64,000 bases of DNA. Origin: Candidatus Omnitrophota bacterium (GTDB lineage Bacteria > Omnitrophota > Gorgyraeia > Zapsychrales > Fredricksoniimonadaceae). The first letter of the stretch is position 1. Each line of letters starts with the position of its first letter. The notes below the pieces were generated by a model, which was given only the letters and a program-made list of their open reading frames with translations, made no database searches and was not told the DNA's origin. The translations under genes and the position numbers were made by a program. Positions 53,384-62,275 of the stretch are shown piece by piece. The stretch is taken from contig CAIVRE010000018.1 in NCBI GenBank assembly GCA_903908245.1, forward strand, positions 66,876-130,875, given 5' to 3'.

Positions 53384-54841
53384 ATGATGGATAATACTAT
53401 TGGTTGGCTGATTGCAGGTCTTTTAGTGGTCGTATTTTTGATGGCTTTGTTTTCAAAGAAGCCCGTTAAGTCAAAAGTTTTCAAAGTCAGAACGCGAGTT
53501 GTGCCGCCGGTTGATTGTGCGAAAGAAGATTTCTTTGCCCGTTTTGATGATGCGATTGAGCAGAATCTTACCAATGCGGCGTCTATGAGCTACGATCCGC
53601 CACTTCAAGAAGAAGGCCCGGAAGATGATCCGGTTTTTGAACTTCCATCCACAAGACCTCAATTTCGCATCCCGGAAGCCTCGCTGAAGATGGGCATTTC
53701 TCCAGTAAAGCCGCGCATGGCTTCAGCGAAGACCAAATTATTAGCTGCTCCAAAACGACTCGCCCTGTTCCTTGTGGCAAGCTCATTTCTGTTTGCTATT
53801 AGCGGTGAGGCGTTTGCTTTATCGGTAGACAGGCCTTTTACTGGAACCGACGAGCATACGGTTTATCAGCCATTTGATGAGGCGAATAGCGATCCGGTTT
53901 ATAAAAGCAGTGTACTACCTGGGACAACAGTAAAGTCGACGGCTCTCCAATCTTCAGATCATTTGAATGTTAGTAAGCCGGTTGCAAAAGACAGTTTTAA
54001 AGCCATTGCCGTTGAAAATTCGTCTTCGGCAAAGGATTCGAATGCCTGGGTATTCTGGGTTCTTGGCATCCTGTTGATGATCTCCGGTTTTGGTATTGCT
54101 CAAGCGTATTCATTGGAAATGGTTTTCTTTAATGATAGCGCTGACATGTGGCTTTCGATTGCTATGGCAGTAGTTGTGGCATGCCTCTGTTTTGTGCAAG
54201 ACAAAACCTGGCTCTGGAGTGGCTTTGGATTTGTTGTTATTTATCATTTTGTGGCGGCATATAAATTCAATCCGGGTATGGGTGCAATGGCATTTATTAT
54301 CGGGATATCAAGGGTGATCATCGGCGTTGTTATACCTGCAATAGCTTTATTTACATTAGTCTCCGGCCCGTCAAGGGAAAAGGACGAGAGTGCCGCCAGT
54401 TATGAAGCCAGATGCGCCATGCATATGGTCTTTAAAGCAGCATTCTTAACGGGGTTGTTCTTCTTTATGAAGTCGTTGGTGAATGGTCAGAAAGTGCGTG
54501 AGGCAAGAGGGGAGTTTGAGCATTTTGAGGAGTCATTTGAACAGAAGTCTGAGGAATCAGCCAAGGCTGAGCCACGGAGCGAAAAGGGCTCTGATGGTCA
54601 GAAGAACGGTTTTAAAGCAGCCTCAGAGCACGCTCCGTCAGATCATGAGATCTTTGGGGTTTCCCGGAATGCAACTTTTGAGGCCATACAGCGGGCATAC
54701 CGTAAAAAGATGATGAAGATCCATCCTGATCGGATGGCGGGCCTGGGGGCGAAGTATCGGCAGAAGGCCGAGGAAGAATGCAAAAAAATTAATGCGGCCT
54801 TTGATCGATTGCGGAAAGAGAGGAACCATGTCTTTGTTTGA
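53384..54841 (+). CDS. DjlA-like membrane protein with C-terminal J domain
   Basis: N-terminal TM segment plus a central cluster of TM helices. C-terminal J domain (DHEIFGVSRNATFEAIQRAYRKKMMKIHPDR...) carries the HPD motif. Confidence 0.6.
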   Translation: MMDNTIGWLIAGLLVVVFLMALFSKKPVKSKVFKVRTRVVPPVDCAKEDFFARFDDAIEQNLTNAASMSYDPPLQEEGPEDDPVFELPSTRPQFRIPEASLKMGISPVKPRMASAKTKLLAAPKRLALFLVASSFLFAISGEAFALSVDRPFTGTDEHTVYQPFDEANSDPVYKSSVLPGTTVKSTALQSSDHLNVSKPVAKDSFKAIAVENSSSAKDSNAWVFWVLGILLMISGFGIAQAYSLEMVFFNDSADMWLSIAMAVVVACLCFVQDKTWLWSGFGFVVIYHFVAAYKFNPGMGAMAFIIGISRVIIGVVIPAIALFTLVSGPSREKDESAASYEARCAMHMVFKAAFLTGLFFFMKSLVNGQKVREARGEFEHFEESFEQKSEESAKAEPRSEKGSDGQKNGFKAASEHAPSDHEIFGVSRNATFEAIQRAYRKKMMKIHPDRMAGLGAKYRQKAEEECKKINAAFDRLRKERNHVFV

Positions 54842-55157
54842 TGCCCGTATAGCGCATATTAACCGTTATTTTGCTGTCTATTTAACTGTTATTTCGGTGG
54901 TCCTTGTTTTGGTCATTTCCGGATCTCCCGTTGCTATTTCATTGTCACATTTCGATAGAGATATGCCTGTTGGTTTCGGCAAGGGGATGGCGCACGGGTT
55001 TTTGCTGTCTGTGAACCTTATCCGTTCGATCTTTGATGTTCGGACAGGTATTTACCAGATACCCAACACTGGAATGGGATACAACGCAGGGTTCTTTCTG
55101 GGCATTATTTTATGGTTCGCTATCGGGCGTATGGGGGAAGAAACGAAGGCGACATGA
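54828..55157 (+). CDS. small hypothetical membrane protein (109 aa)
   Basis: ATG 54828 inside track ORF 54792; two predicted TM helices; overlaps the J-protein 3' end. Confidence 0.35.
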   Translation: MSLFDARIAHINRYFAVYLTVISVVLVLVISGSPVAISLSHFDRDMPVGFGKGMAHGFLLSVNLIRSIFDVRTGIYQIPNTGMGYNAGFFLGIILWFAIGRMGEETKAT

Positions 55158-55166
55158 GGCTGTCGC
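55149..55166 (+). promoter_or_regulatory. palindromic operator copy 6 (GCGACA-TGAGGC-TGTCGC)
   Basis: Read directly; precedes the long downstream operon. Confidence 0.5.
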
Positions 55167-55212
55167 TGGTTAATGCTAAGCTCTTATACATAATTAATAC
55201 TCAGGTGATTGC

Positions 55213-55617
55213 ATGCAAGAGAGAATCTTGAAGAAGCGAAAAACGTATAAGCCTATCGACGCGGAAACGCTGGGGCGTAGCCTTTTTAAGATCCACACGT
55301 GTAAGAAACGAGGAAAGTATTCGCCGGCCGTTAAAGTCATTGCCGGTGATATATGGGAGATGCTTGGTGGGATGCGGGCAATGGCGCAGGAGTTTGTTAA
55401 GAATCCGACGCTTGAGGTAATGGAAGAACTCAGATTTTGGTTATTGGATAGTGATCATCATTGGAATTCATTAAAGAATATTTGCAGCAGGAGCAGAGGG
55501 CGGCGGAGTTTGGATCGCTTGGCTAAAGAATATCCGCAGTGGTTGTTGCTGCTACCTTTGGAAGATGTAGCAGAACGGTTATGGTGGCTTGAAGAAGAAG
55601 GAGATGAGGGAATATGA
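55213..55617 (+). CDS. hypothetical protein (134 aa), translationally coupled to the AAA+ ATPase
   Basis: Stop/start overlap (ATGA) with the next gene. Confidence 0.35.
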   Translation: MQERILKKRKTYKPIDAETLGRSLFKIHTCKKRGKYSPAVKVIAGDIWEMLGGMRAMAQEFVKNPTLEVMEELRFWLLDSDHHWNSLKNICSRSRGRRSLDRLAKEYPQWLLLLPLEDVAERLWWLEEEGDEGI

Positions 55618-56984
55618 AAAATGATCAGGAATACTTCGATAACTACTTTTGCATCAGTGAACTGCTGATCGAGAAAGATCTGCTTGTCGATAAGTTGTGG
55701 GAGGGCAAAAACGATACCGGATATTTGGCCAGCGCACACTATCAGGCAAGGAAGGCCATTAACACGCTTAATTCTTTGATACGCGATGAAGAAAAGCGCT
55801 TGAGTCATATTATTCGTAAGGCTGAGTCGCAAGGAACGATTTTTTCTTTTGAATCGTTCACAAGAAAGATGGAGTTGAGTGATTTTGAGAAACGACTGAT
55901 GCTTTTCTTTCTGCATCTTGATCTGTTTTGCAGTGGCAGCGTCGGTTTTCCAAGAAGAAAGCTGGCGTTGATCCTTGATTGCGAAGAAACAGCGGTATCC
56001 CGTGCGAGAACGTTGCTGGATCTGTTTCCAGGTAGTGCTTTATACAAGAAGAATATTCTGTCTGCGATCGACATCGGCGGAAGTGAGGTTCGTTTGGCTG
56101 AGAGCATGCGGGATGCTTTGAGAAAACTTGTGTCAGGTCAGGAGGCGGATCTTGTTATGACTGAGACTACCCGGGAGGAGATTGAGGCTGCCGGGGTTGT
56201 TTATGAGCCCGAATACAGCATGGAAGACGTGTCGCTTCCCGGGCAGATCAAAGAACAGGTTTTAATGCATTTGAACACGCATGGACGGCTGGCATCGTTA
56301 GGAGTCATGGATAAAGTGCGGCGCGGTCGTGGGCTTTGCATGTTGTTTTATGGTCCTCCAGGGACAGGGAAAAGCATGCTTTCTCATGCCATAGCACGTC
56401 ATTTAGGAAAAAAGGTTCTTCAGGCATCTCCGGCGCAGATCAAAGACCGCTGGGTAGGCCAGACAGACAAGAATATTGCCGCTTTATTCAAGGTGGCTAA
56501 AGAAAAGAATTATGTCTTGTGTCTGGATGAGGTCGATACGCTTTTATTTGAACGAAGCGAGGCGTCACGTTCATGGGAGATCTCGCAGACGAATACGTTT
56601 CTTGAAGAAGTAGAAAGATTTGACGGGATTTTAGTAATGACAACAAATCTGGAAGGGCGGCTTGATCCAGCGATTGAGCGCCGGGTGGCGTTGCGTGTCC
56701 GTTTTGATGCGCCTGACCATTGCGTACGGGAGACTATCTGGCAGAAACAGATCCCGTCGACTGTTAAGTGTGGGGAAGATATTAATTGGGCTCGTCTGGG
56801 AATGCAGTATTCATTTACCGGCGGTTATATCAAGAATGCCGTCATGTCCGCGTTGCGTCATATGCTTTCACGGGAAAGTCAGGTGCTTGAGATGGAGGAT
56901 CTTGTTTATGGAGCCGAGAGTGAAATGAAGGGGCTTTTACGAAGTTCCGCTAAAGCTCCAATGGGTTTTGCAACTAGAGGATAA
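55614..56984 (+). CDS. classic-clade AAA+ ATPase with ~230 aa N-terminal domain of unknown function
   Basis: Walker A LFYGPPGTGKSM, Walker B VLCLDEVD and second region of homology/Arg finger (TTNLEGRLDPAIERRV). Confidence 0.75.
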   Translation: MKNDQEYFDNYFCISELLIEKDLLVDKLWEGKNDTGYLASAHYQARKAINTLNSLIRDEEKRLSHIIRKAESQGTIFSFESFTRKMELSDFEKRLMLFFLHLDLFCSGSVGFPRRKLALILDCEETAVSRARTLLDLFPGSALYKKNILSAIDIGGSEVRLAESMRDALRKLVSGQEADLVMTETTREEIEAAGVVYEPEYSMEDVSLPGQIKEQVLMHLNTHGRLASLGVMDKVRRGRGLCMLFYGPPGTGKSMLSHAIARHLGKKVLQASPAQIKDRWVGQTDKNIAALFKVAKEKNYVLCLDEVDTLLFERSEASRSWEISQTNTFLEEVERFDGILVMTTNLEGRLDPAIERRVALRVRFDAPDHCVRETIWQKQIPSTVKCGEDINWARLGMQYSFTGGYIKNAVMSALRHMLSRESQVLEMEDLVYGAESEMKGLLRSSAKAPMGFATRG

Positions 56985-56990
56985 AAATCT

Positions 56991-57179
56991 ATGAATCTTA
57001 AGGAATGGCAGAAGATGCTTGGCAAGAAGAAGTTCCCGAGTTTGCACGGTGTTTATGATGCCATTGATATGGATGGGCGGATTGTGGGGCGGACGGTCTA
57101 CATCAAGGGCAGGAAGGTCATGACGATTGCACCAATATGGCCGGAAGAAGAAATTACGATAGACGACGAAAAGAAATAA
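56991..57179 (+). CDS. small hypothetical protein (62 aa)
   Basis: ORF between the AAA gene and murA2 in a tight operon. Confidence 0.3.
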   Translation: MNLKEWQKMLGKKKFPSLHGVYDAIDMDGRIVGRTVYIKGRKVMTIAPIWPEEEITIDDEKK

Positions 57180-57192
57180 TAGACAGGAACTT

Positions 57193-58482
57193 ATGGAAAA
57201 ACTTGTGATCAATGGCGGAGTGCCGCTTAAAGGTGAAGTATTCATTTCTGGATCGAAGAACGCTTCTTTGCCGGCCATGGCCGCGACATTGTTAACGGAT
57301 GAGCCTTGTGTTCTTAAGAATGTGCCAGTGGTTTCGGATATTAACACAATGAGTAATCTTTTAATGACTCTGGGTAAGGATGTTAAACGGGATAAGGATG
57401 CTTTGATCATCACATCAAAAGGCCGGTTGAAGCCATTGGCTGATTATCGCCTTGTATCAACGATGCGCGGGTCAGTGTGCGTGCTCGGCCCCCTTCTGGC
57501 TCGACTTGGAGAAGCGCGGGTGGCTTTGCCTGGCGGATGTGTTATTGGTGTCAGGCCGGTCGACTTGCATCTTAAAGGCTTTGAAAGTCTTGGGGCCAGG
57601 ATCGATATTGAGGGTGGATATATTATCGCCAAGTCTTCAAGGCTTAAAGGGGCACGCATGTATCTTGCAGGGGCCATGGGGCCTTCTGTTCTTGGCACAG
57701 CAAATGTGATGATGGCCGCAACCCTGGCCACAGGCGAGACAACCATTGAGGGGGCGGCCTGTGAGCCGGAGATCAAGGACCTCGCCGATCTTTTGAACCT
57801 TATGGGGGCGAAAATAAGCGGCCACGGCAGCCCTACGGTGGTCATTGAAGGTGTTAAACGACTGCACGGGGTTGAGTACAAGGTTTCAGCTGATCGCATT
57901 GAGGCCGGAACATTCATTCTATTGTCAGCCATGACACGGGGAAATGTGATCGTTCGCGGCGTTGAACATCATCGTCTTTTGTCTGTGGTGGATGCGTTGA
58001 ATGAAGCTGGTGTTGCATGTGAATGCCGCGGAGCTTCAGTGCGCGTAAAGTCACCAGCAAGATTTAAGCCAGTGAATGTAACAACCCATCCTTATCCGGG
58101 GTTTCCGACAGATCTTCAGGCTCAGTACATGGCCATGATGACGCTGGCAGATGGGGTGAGTTCTGTTAGGGATACAGTTTTTCCGGACAGATTCATGCAT
58201 CTTGCTGAACTAGCGCGCATGGGGGCCAAGGTTCGTCGTGAAGGGGGCGTGGCGGTCATTGAAGGGGTTAAGGAGCTCAAGGGTGCCCCTGTGATGGCGT
58301 CGGATTTAAGGGCGTCTGTGGCGCTGGTTATGGCCGGTGTTGTGGCTAAAGGGCAGACAGAGGTCCGCCGTATATACCATCTCGACCGTGGATATGAGGG
58401 CATTGACCGGAAATTGATCGATTTAGGGGCTAAAGTAAGACGGGAACAGGATAAAGTTGTGCCTAATGAGGAGATCGGATAA
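57193..58482 (+). CDS. murA: UDP-N-acetylglucosamine 1-carboxyvinyltransferase paralog (MurA2)
   Basis: About two-thirds identical by eye to the MurA at 2017-3279 across the full length. Retains [13 protein letters not shown] with the Cys and carries a ~10 aa C-terminal extension. Confidence 0.9.
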   Translation: MEKLVINGGVPLKGEVFISGSKNASLPAMAATLLTDEPCVLKNVPVVSDINTMSNLLMTLGKDVKRDKDALIITSKGRLKPLADYRLVSTMRGSVCVLGPLLARLGEARVALPGGCVIGVRPVDLHLKGFESLGARIDIEGGYIIAKSSRLKGARMYLAGAMGPSVLGTANVMMAATLATGETTIEGAACEPEIKDLADLLNLMGAKISGHGSPTVVIEGVKRLHGVEYKVSADRIEAGTFILLSAMTRGNVIVRGVEHHRLLSVVDALNEAGVACECRGASVRVKSPARFKPVNVTTHPYPGFPTDLQAQYMAMMTLADGVSSVRDTVFPDRFMHLAELARMGAKVRREGGVAVIEGVKELKGAPVMASDLRASVALVMAGVVAKGQTEVRRIYHLDRGYEGIDRKLIDLGAKVRREQDKVVPNEEIG

Positions 58483-59321
58483 TGGACGAACAATTCTTTA
58501 CAAAATATTCTCCGTCTGAACTGTATTCATCTGTTGGGTGCGGTGGTGAGTACATAAGCTATGAAGATCAGAATTTGGCTCACTTGGATGTCCCTTTTCT
58601 TTTTCCGTCTGAAGCGCTATTTAAACTTAAATCGTTCATCGAGATATGTCAGCGGCATCATATGGATGATAGTGCTGTAACACGGGATTATGAAGAAGTC
58701 TGGGTTGCCGGATCTTTGAAAGCGCGTGGAGGGTTCTATTCCGGTCGTCCGTGCGGTTGCTGGCGCTTCTTTAATGAGAACGGGCAATGCGCGGAAGTGG
58801 TGCATTTGGATGTCGAGGGGAATATTTACAGTGAACACGTATTGTTTTATTCAAATGGACAGAGAATGTTTTCGTTTTGTCACCAAGGGGACGTTTTGTC
58901 TGGCCCTTTGATGGAGTGGTTTTCAAACGGGCAGATTAAACGGGAAGAACGGTTTCGTGAGGGTAAGCACAATGGCATGTCTCGCAGTTGGCATGAAAAT
59001 GGCCGTCTTGAAATGGAGCGGGAGTTTGAAAATGACACGCCGGTCGGAGGGTATACACTTTGGGATCAGGATGGCCTTGTGATCATGGAAAGGATCCCGG
59101 TAGAGTACACGAAAGTCTTTCAGGAAAAAGAATACACCAGAAAAGGTCAGCTTAAACGGATACGGTCATATCTGGCGGATTATCAGATGCACGGCGAAGA
59201 AACTTCATATTATGACTACGAGCGTCAAGTTATGCGGGAGCAGCCGGAAGTGAAATATTACTTAAATAATAAGGAAGTAAACAAGGTCGAATATTTTGCG
59301 CGGACAGGGGGCGTTTTGTAA
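58482..59321 (+). CDS. MORN-repeat protein (YwqK-like)
   Basis: Repeated WFSNGQIKREERFREGKHNGMSRSWHENGRLEMEREFEND-type units; the start overlaps the murA2 stop. Confidence 0.5.
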   Translation: MDEQFFTKYSPSELYSSVGCGGEYISYEDQNLAHLDVPFLFPSEALFKLKSFIEICQRHHMDDSAVTRDYEEVWVAGSLKARGGFYSGRPCGCWRFFNENGQCAEVVHLDVEGNIYSEHVLFYSNGQRMFSFCHQGDVLSGPLMEWFSNGQIKREERFREGKHNGMSRSWHENGRLEMEREFENDTPVGGYTLWDQDGLVIMERIPVEYTKVFQEKEYTRKGQLKRIRSYLADYQMHGEETSYYDYERQVMREQPEVKYYLNNKEVNKVEYFARTGGVL

Positions 59322-60037
59322 TGGAAAATTCATCTTTCGATATGCACGAAGAAATGTTTATCCCGATGCTTTCTCAAAAGGAATTTATTCCTCTTGATCA
59401 GGAGAAGGTTGCCCATGAACGCCGGTGTTATGTCATGACACCAGCACTGTCGAGCAAGTGGTCAGCTCTTTGGGATCTTATGAAGCTATATTCTGATGCC
59501 GGGCTTTATGATGATGCTATTGCCGTCGGTCGTGAAGTGCTGTCAGATCATGTTCTTGAAGAATATCACGCGAATGCTTTGTTCAGGATGGGGCAGTTGA
59601 GTGAGCACAAGAATGATTTTGATATGGCGTTAAAGTTCTATTTAGAAAGCATTGATAAAGAAGCTGCAAATCCTGAACTTGGGTACTGGCAGCATAATAA
59701 CGCAGGATTCTGTTATTTAATGAAGCAGGAATTTGAGCGTGCAGAACACCATTGCCGCATAGCACTGGAGTTTGATGAACAGAATTGGAAGGGTTGGAAG
59801 CAGCGTTGGGGTGATCCGCATCAGTGGAATGCCTGGAAGAACATGGGTGCTGCGATGGAATATACCGGTCGTTATAGGGAGGCCGCATCTTTTTATACAG
59901 CTGCAATCAAATTCAGCCGCGGCACTGAACGGGCTGTTTTGCATCTTAGGCGTCTATTGAAACGTCATTCCGATGTGGCGGTTTACTGGAAAGAGCCGGT
60001 TCAAGATCTTTTGACATATTACAATGTAACTGTTTGA
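59321..60037 (+). CDS. hypothetical TPR-like helical repeat protein
   Basis: Composition (A/L/Y/W-rich helical repeats); overlapping start. Confidence 0.35.
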   Translation: MENSSFDMHEEMFIPMLSQKEFIPLDQEKVAHERRCYVMTPALSSKWSALWDLMKLYSDAGLYDDAIAVGREVLSDHVLEEYHANALFRMGQLSEHKNDFDMALKFYLESIDKEAANPELGYWQHNNAGFCYLMKQEFERAEHHCRIALEFDEQNWKGWKQRWGDPHQWNAWKNMGAAMEYTGRYREAASFYTAAIKFSRGTERAVLHLRRLLKRHSDVAVYWKEPVQDLLTYYNVTV

Positions 60038-60046
60038 CGGAAAGAG

Positions 60047-60895
60047 GTGTTTGTGGGTAAGAAGTCGGTATATTTTTCATCGCTATTGCCAGTGAGATTT
60101 CCTGAATTCTTCAAGAACTTGTCCGGTATTTTGGATTCCACGAAGGTCAAGTGGGGACTATTGCCTCATACCAATGATATCTGGTGCCGGGATTACATGC
60201 CCGTTCGCGTATCTCCGCGCAAGTTTGTTCAGTTTAAGTATGCGCCGTCATATTTAATGACGAAGAAATGGCGGTCAACGATCACTGATCCCGTCAAAGT
60301 GTGTGAGGCTGTCGGCATCAAGGCTGATCCCTGGGATTTTGTGATAGATGGCGGGAATGTTGTCCGGTTCGGATCTAAAGCGATCATGACCGAGCGGATT
60401 TATAGCGAGAATCCGGAGTATTACCCGGAGATATTCTCGGATGTTCTTAAGGATTTTCTGAAGGTTGATGAGCTTATTATGATTCCCGAGGAGCCGTGGG
60501 ATCCTTACGGGCATGCAGACGGATGTGTGAGGTTTCTTAATGAGAACACGGTCATCATCCATGAGCTGCATAAAAGTCATCCGGGATTTGATCGCGCTCT
60601 AAGAAACGTTTTAAAGGAGCATCGTCTGGAGTATGTTGAAATGCCGTATTTTATTGATAATGATCCAAAGCATAAGGATTCGGCAGTAGGGAACTATGTG
60701 AATTATCTTGAAGCGGGGAAAGTAATTGTAGTGCCTGCTTATATGGGTTATTCTAAACAAAATGAGCGCGCGTTGTCAGTGTTGAAGAGCGTATTCAAAG
60801 GGAAGAAGATTGTTCAGATTGAGTCAACGCCTATTGCCAAACTCGGCGGGGTGTTGAATTGTGTGAGTTGGGATCTTGGAAAGAAGGAGTGGTAA
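60047..60895 (+). CDS. agmatine deiminase / PAD_porph-family guanidino-modifying enzyme-like protein
   Basis: WCRDYMP, IDGGNVV, GHADGCVRF and C-terminal GGVLNCVSWD match the family motifs WxRDxGP, DGGN, GHxDxxxxF and GGxxHCxTQ (His to Asn before the catalytic Cys). Confidence 0.5.
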   Translation: MFVGKKSVYFSSLLPVRFPEFFKNLSGILDSTKVKWGLLPHTNDIWCRDYMPVRVSPRKFVQFKYAPSYLMTKKWRSTITDPVKVCEAVGIKADPWDFVIDGGNVVRFGSKAIMTERIYSENPEYYPEIFSDVLKDFLKVDELIMIPEEPWDPYGHADGCVRFLNENTVIIHELHKSHPGFDRALRNVLKEHRLEYVEMPYFIDNDPKHKDSAVGNYVNYLEAGKVIVVPAYMGYSKQNERALSVLKSVFKGKKIVQIESTPIAKLGGVLNCVSWDLGKKEW

Positions 60896-60898
60896 GGA

Positions 60899-61411
60899 AT
60901 GAATGTTGAAGATGCCGTATTTAATGACTTGTTCCTATATGATTCTCCTCAGAAGAAACAGGCTCAAATAGCCAAAGATCATAATGTTACTGAGGATGAC
61001 GTTAGAAGCATTCGTGAAAAATACCATTTAACTGAAGCGGTAAAAGAGATTAAGAGAATTCGGGCTTTGTGGTCCAATAAGAAGGATTTTGGATTATTTA
61101 CGAAGTTTTATAAATGGTACAGTCGGGGTATTTGTGATTATTGTGGGATATCTCAGGATGTGGTTAAGAAAATTGTCGAGAGTGGGAAGTTGACATCAAA
61201 ACGATTTCCAGCTGTTGATAAGAAATGTCAAAGAGGGCGAAGCAGGGGAATTTCATTAGAGGTTGATAAAAGGAAGCCAGGTGAGGGATATCTTCAAAAA
61301 AACTGTGCTCTGGTATGTTACTTTTGTAATAATGATAAAAGTGATGTGTTTAATGATGAGCAATATATGCTTTTTCTTGTTAATAGAAGAAAGTTTTTAG
61401 AAAATCTATGA
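60899..61411 (+). CDS. Cys-cluster protein with degenerate HNH-like core
   Basis: CDYCG ... LEVDKRKPGEG ... NCALVCYFCNNDKS follows HNH topology (CxxC ... DHxxP ... GG ... NLxxLCxxCNxxK) but has Lys in place of the catalytic His. Confidence 0.3.
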   Translation: MNVEDAVFNDLFLYDSPQKKQAQIAKDHNVTEDDVRSIREKYHLTEAVKEIKRIRALWSNKKDFGLFTKFYKWYSRGICDYCGISQDVVKKIVESGKLTSKRFPAVDKKCQRGRSRGISLEVDKRKPGEGYLQKNCALVCYFCNNDKSDVFNDEQYMLFLVNRRKFLENL

Positions 61412-62271
61412 AAAATACAATCGCTTTAGTCTACGACTTCGACGGAACACTGTCCTCTAAATCCATGCAGGAGTATACGGTTCTGCCGAATTTGGGTGTT
61501 GAAGATATGGACCGGTTTTGGGAGTCCATCAATGAGGAGGGCAAGAAGCACAACGCTGAGATGAGTCTTGTCTGGATGCGAAGGATCATCGAGCTTGCCA
61601 GGCAGGGTGAGAAGAGGATCACACGGGAATATTTTAAAAAATGCGGCCGGGATATCGAGTATTTTCCGGGTGTCGTGCAATTCTTTAAAGCTATTAACCG
61701 GCATGTGAGCAAGGCGTCCCGGGGAAGAATGAAGGTGCGGCATTATATCGTGTCCGCGGGGCTCAAGGAGATCCTTGACGGGATAAGCATTCGCAAAGAA
61801 TTTCATAACATTTTCGGATCTGAATATTTCTATGATGAGAACGGCCGGCCTCATTTCCCCAAGGTGGTCATTACGGACACGATCAAGACGCAATATCTTT
61901 TCCGCATCAACAAGGGCAAAGAGCTTTTGAGCGACAGTATCAATGAACACATGGATGAAGAAGACCGTCCGATCCCGTTCGAGAATATCATTTATGTGGG
62001 TGATGGGCTGACCGATGTTCCGGCCATGACGTTGACCCGCAAGTCAGGCGGCCATTCGATCGCGGTATATCGTCCCGGTTATAAACGGGGCTTGCAGACG
62101 TGTAAGCGTTTGCTGGCGGCCCCCAGGGTGGACTTTGCGGCGCCAGCTGATTATCGCAAGAACAGCGAACTCTTTCAGTATGTCACGAGCGTTCTGGATT
62201 TGATCGTAAAGAAATACGATTTCGGGTGTAAGAGTGAACAGAATCGTAAGAGTTTAAGAATGGGGCAGTAA
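61408..62271 (+). CDS. HAD-superfamily hydrolase
   Basis: Motif I VYDFDGTLS and motif IV YVGDGLTDVPAM. Confidence 0.65.
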   Translation: MKNTIALVYDFDGTLSSKSMQEYTVLPNLGVEDMDRFWESINEEGKKHNAEMSLVWMRRIIELARQGEKRITREYFKKCGRDIEYFPGVVQFFKAINRHVSKASRGRMKVRHYIVSAGLKEILDGISIRKEFHNIFGSEYFYDENGRPHFPKVVITDTIKTQYLFRINKGKELLSDSINEHMDEEDRPIPFENIIYVGDGLTDVPAMTLTRKSGGHSIAVYRPGYKRGLQTCKRLLAAPRVDFAAPADYRKNSELFQYVTSVLDLIVKKYDFGCKSEQNRKSLRMGQ

Positions 62272-62275
62272 TAGC

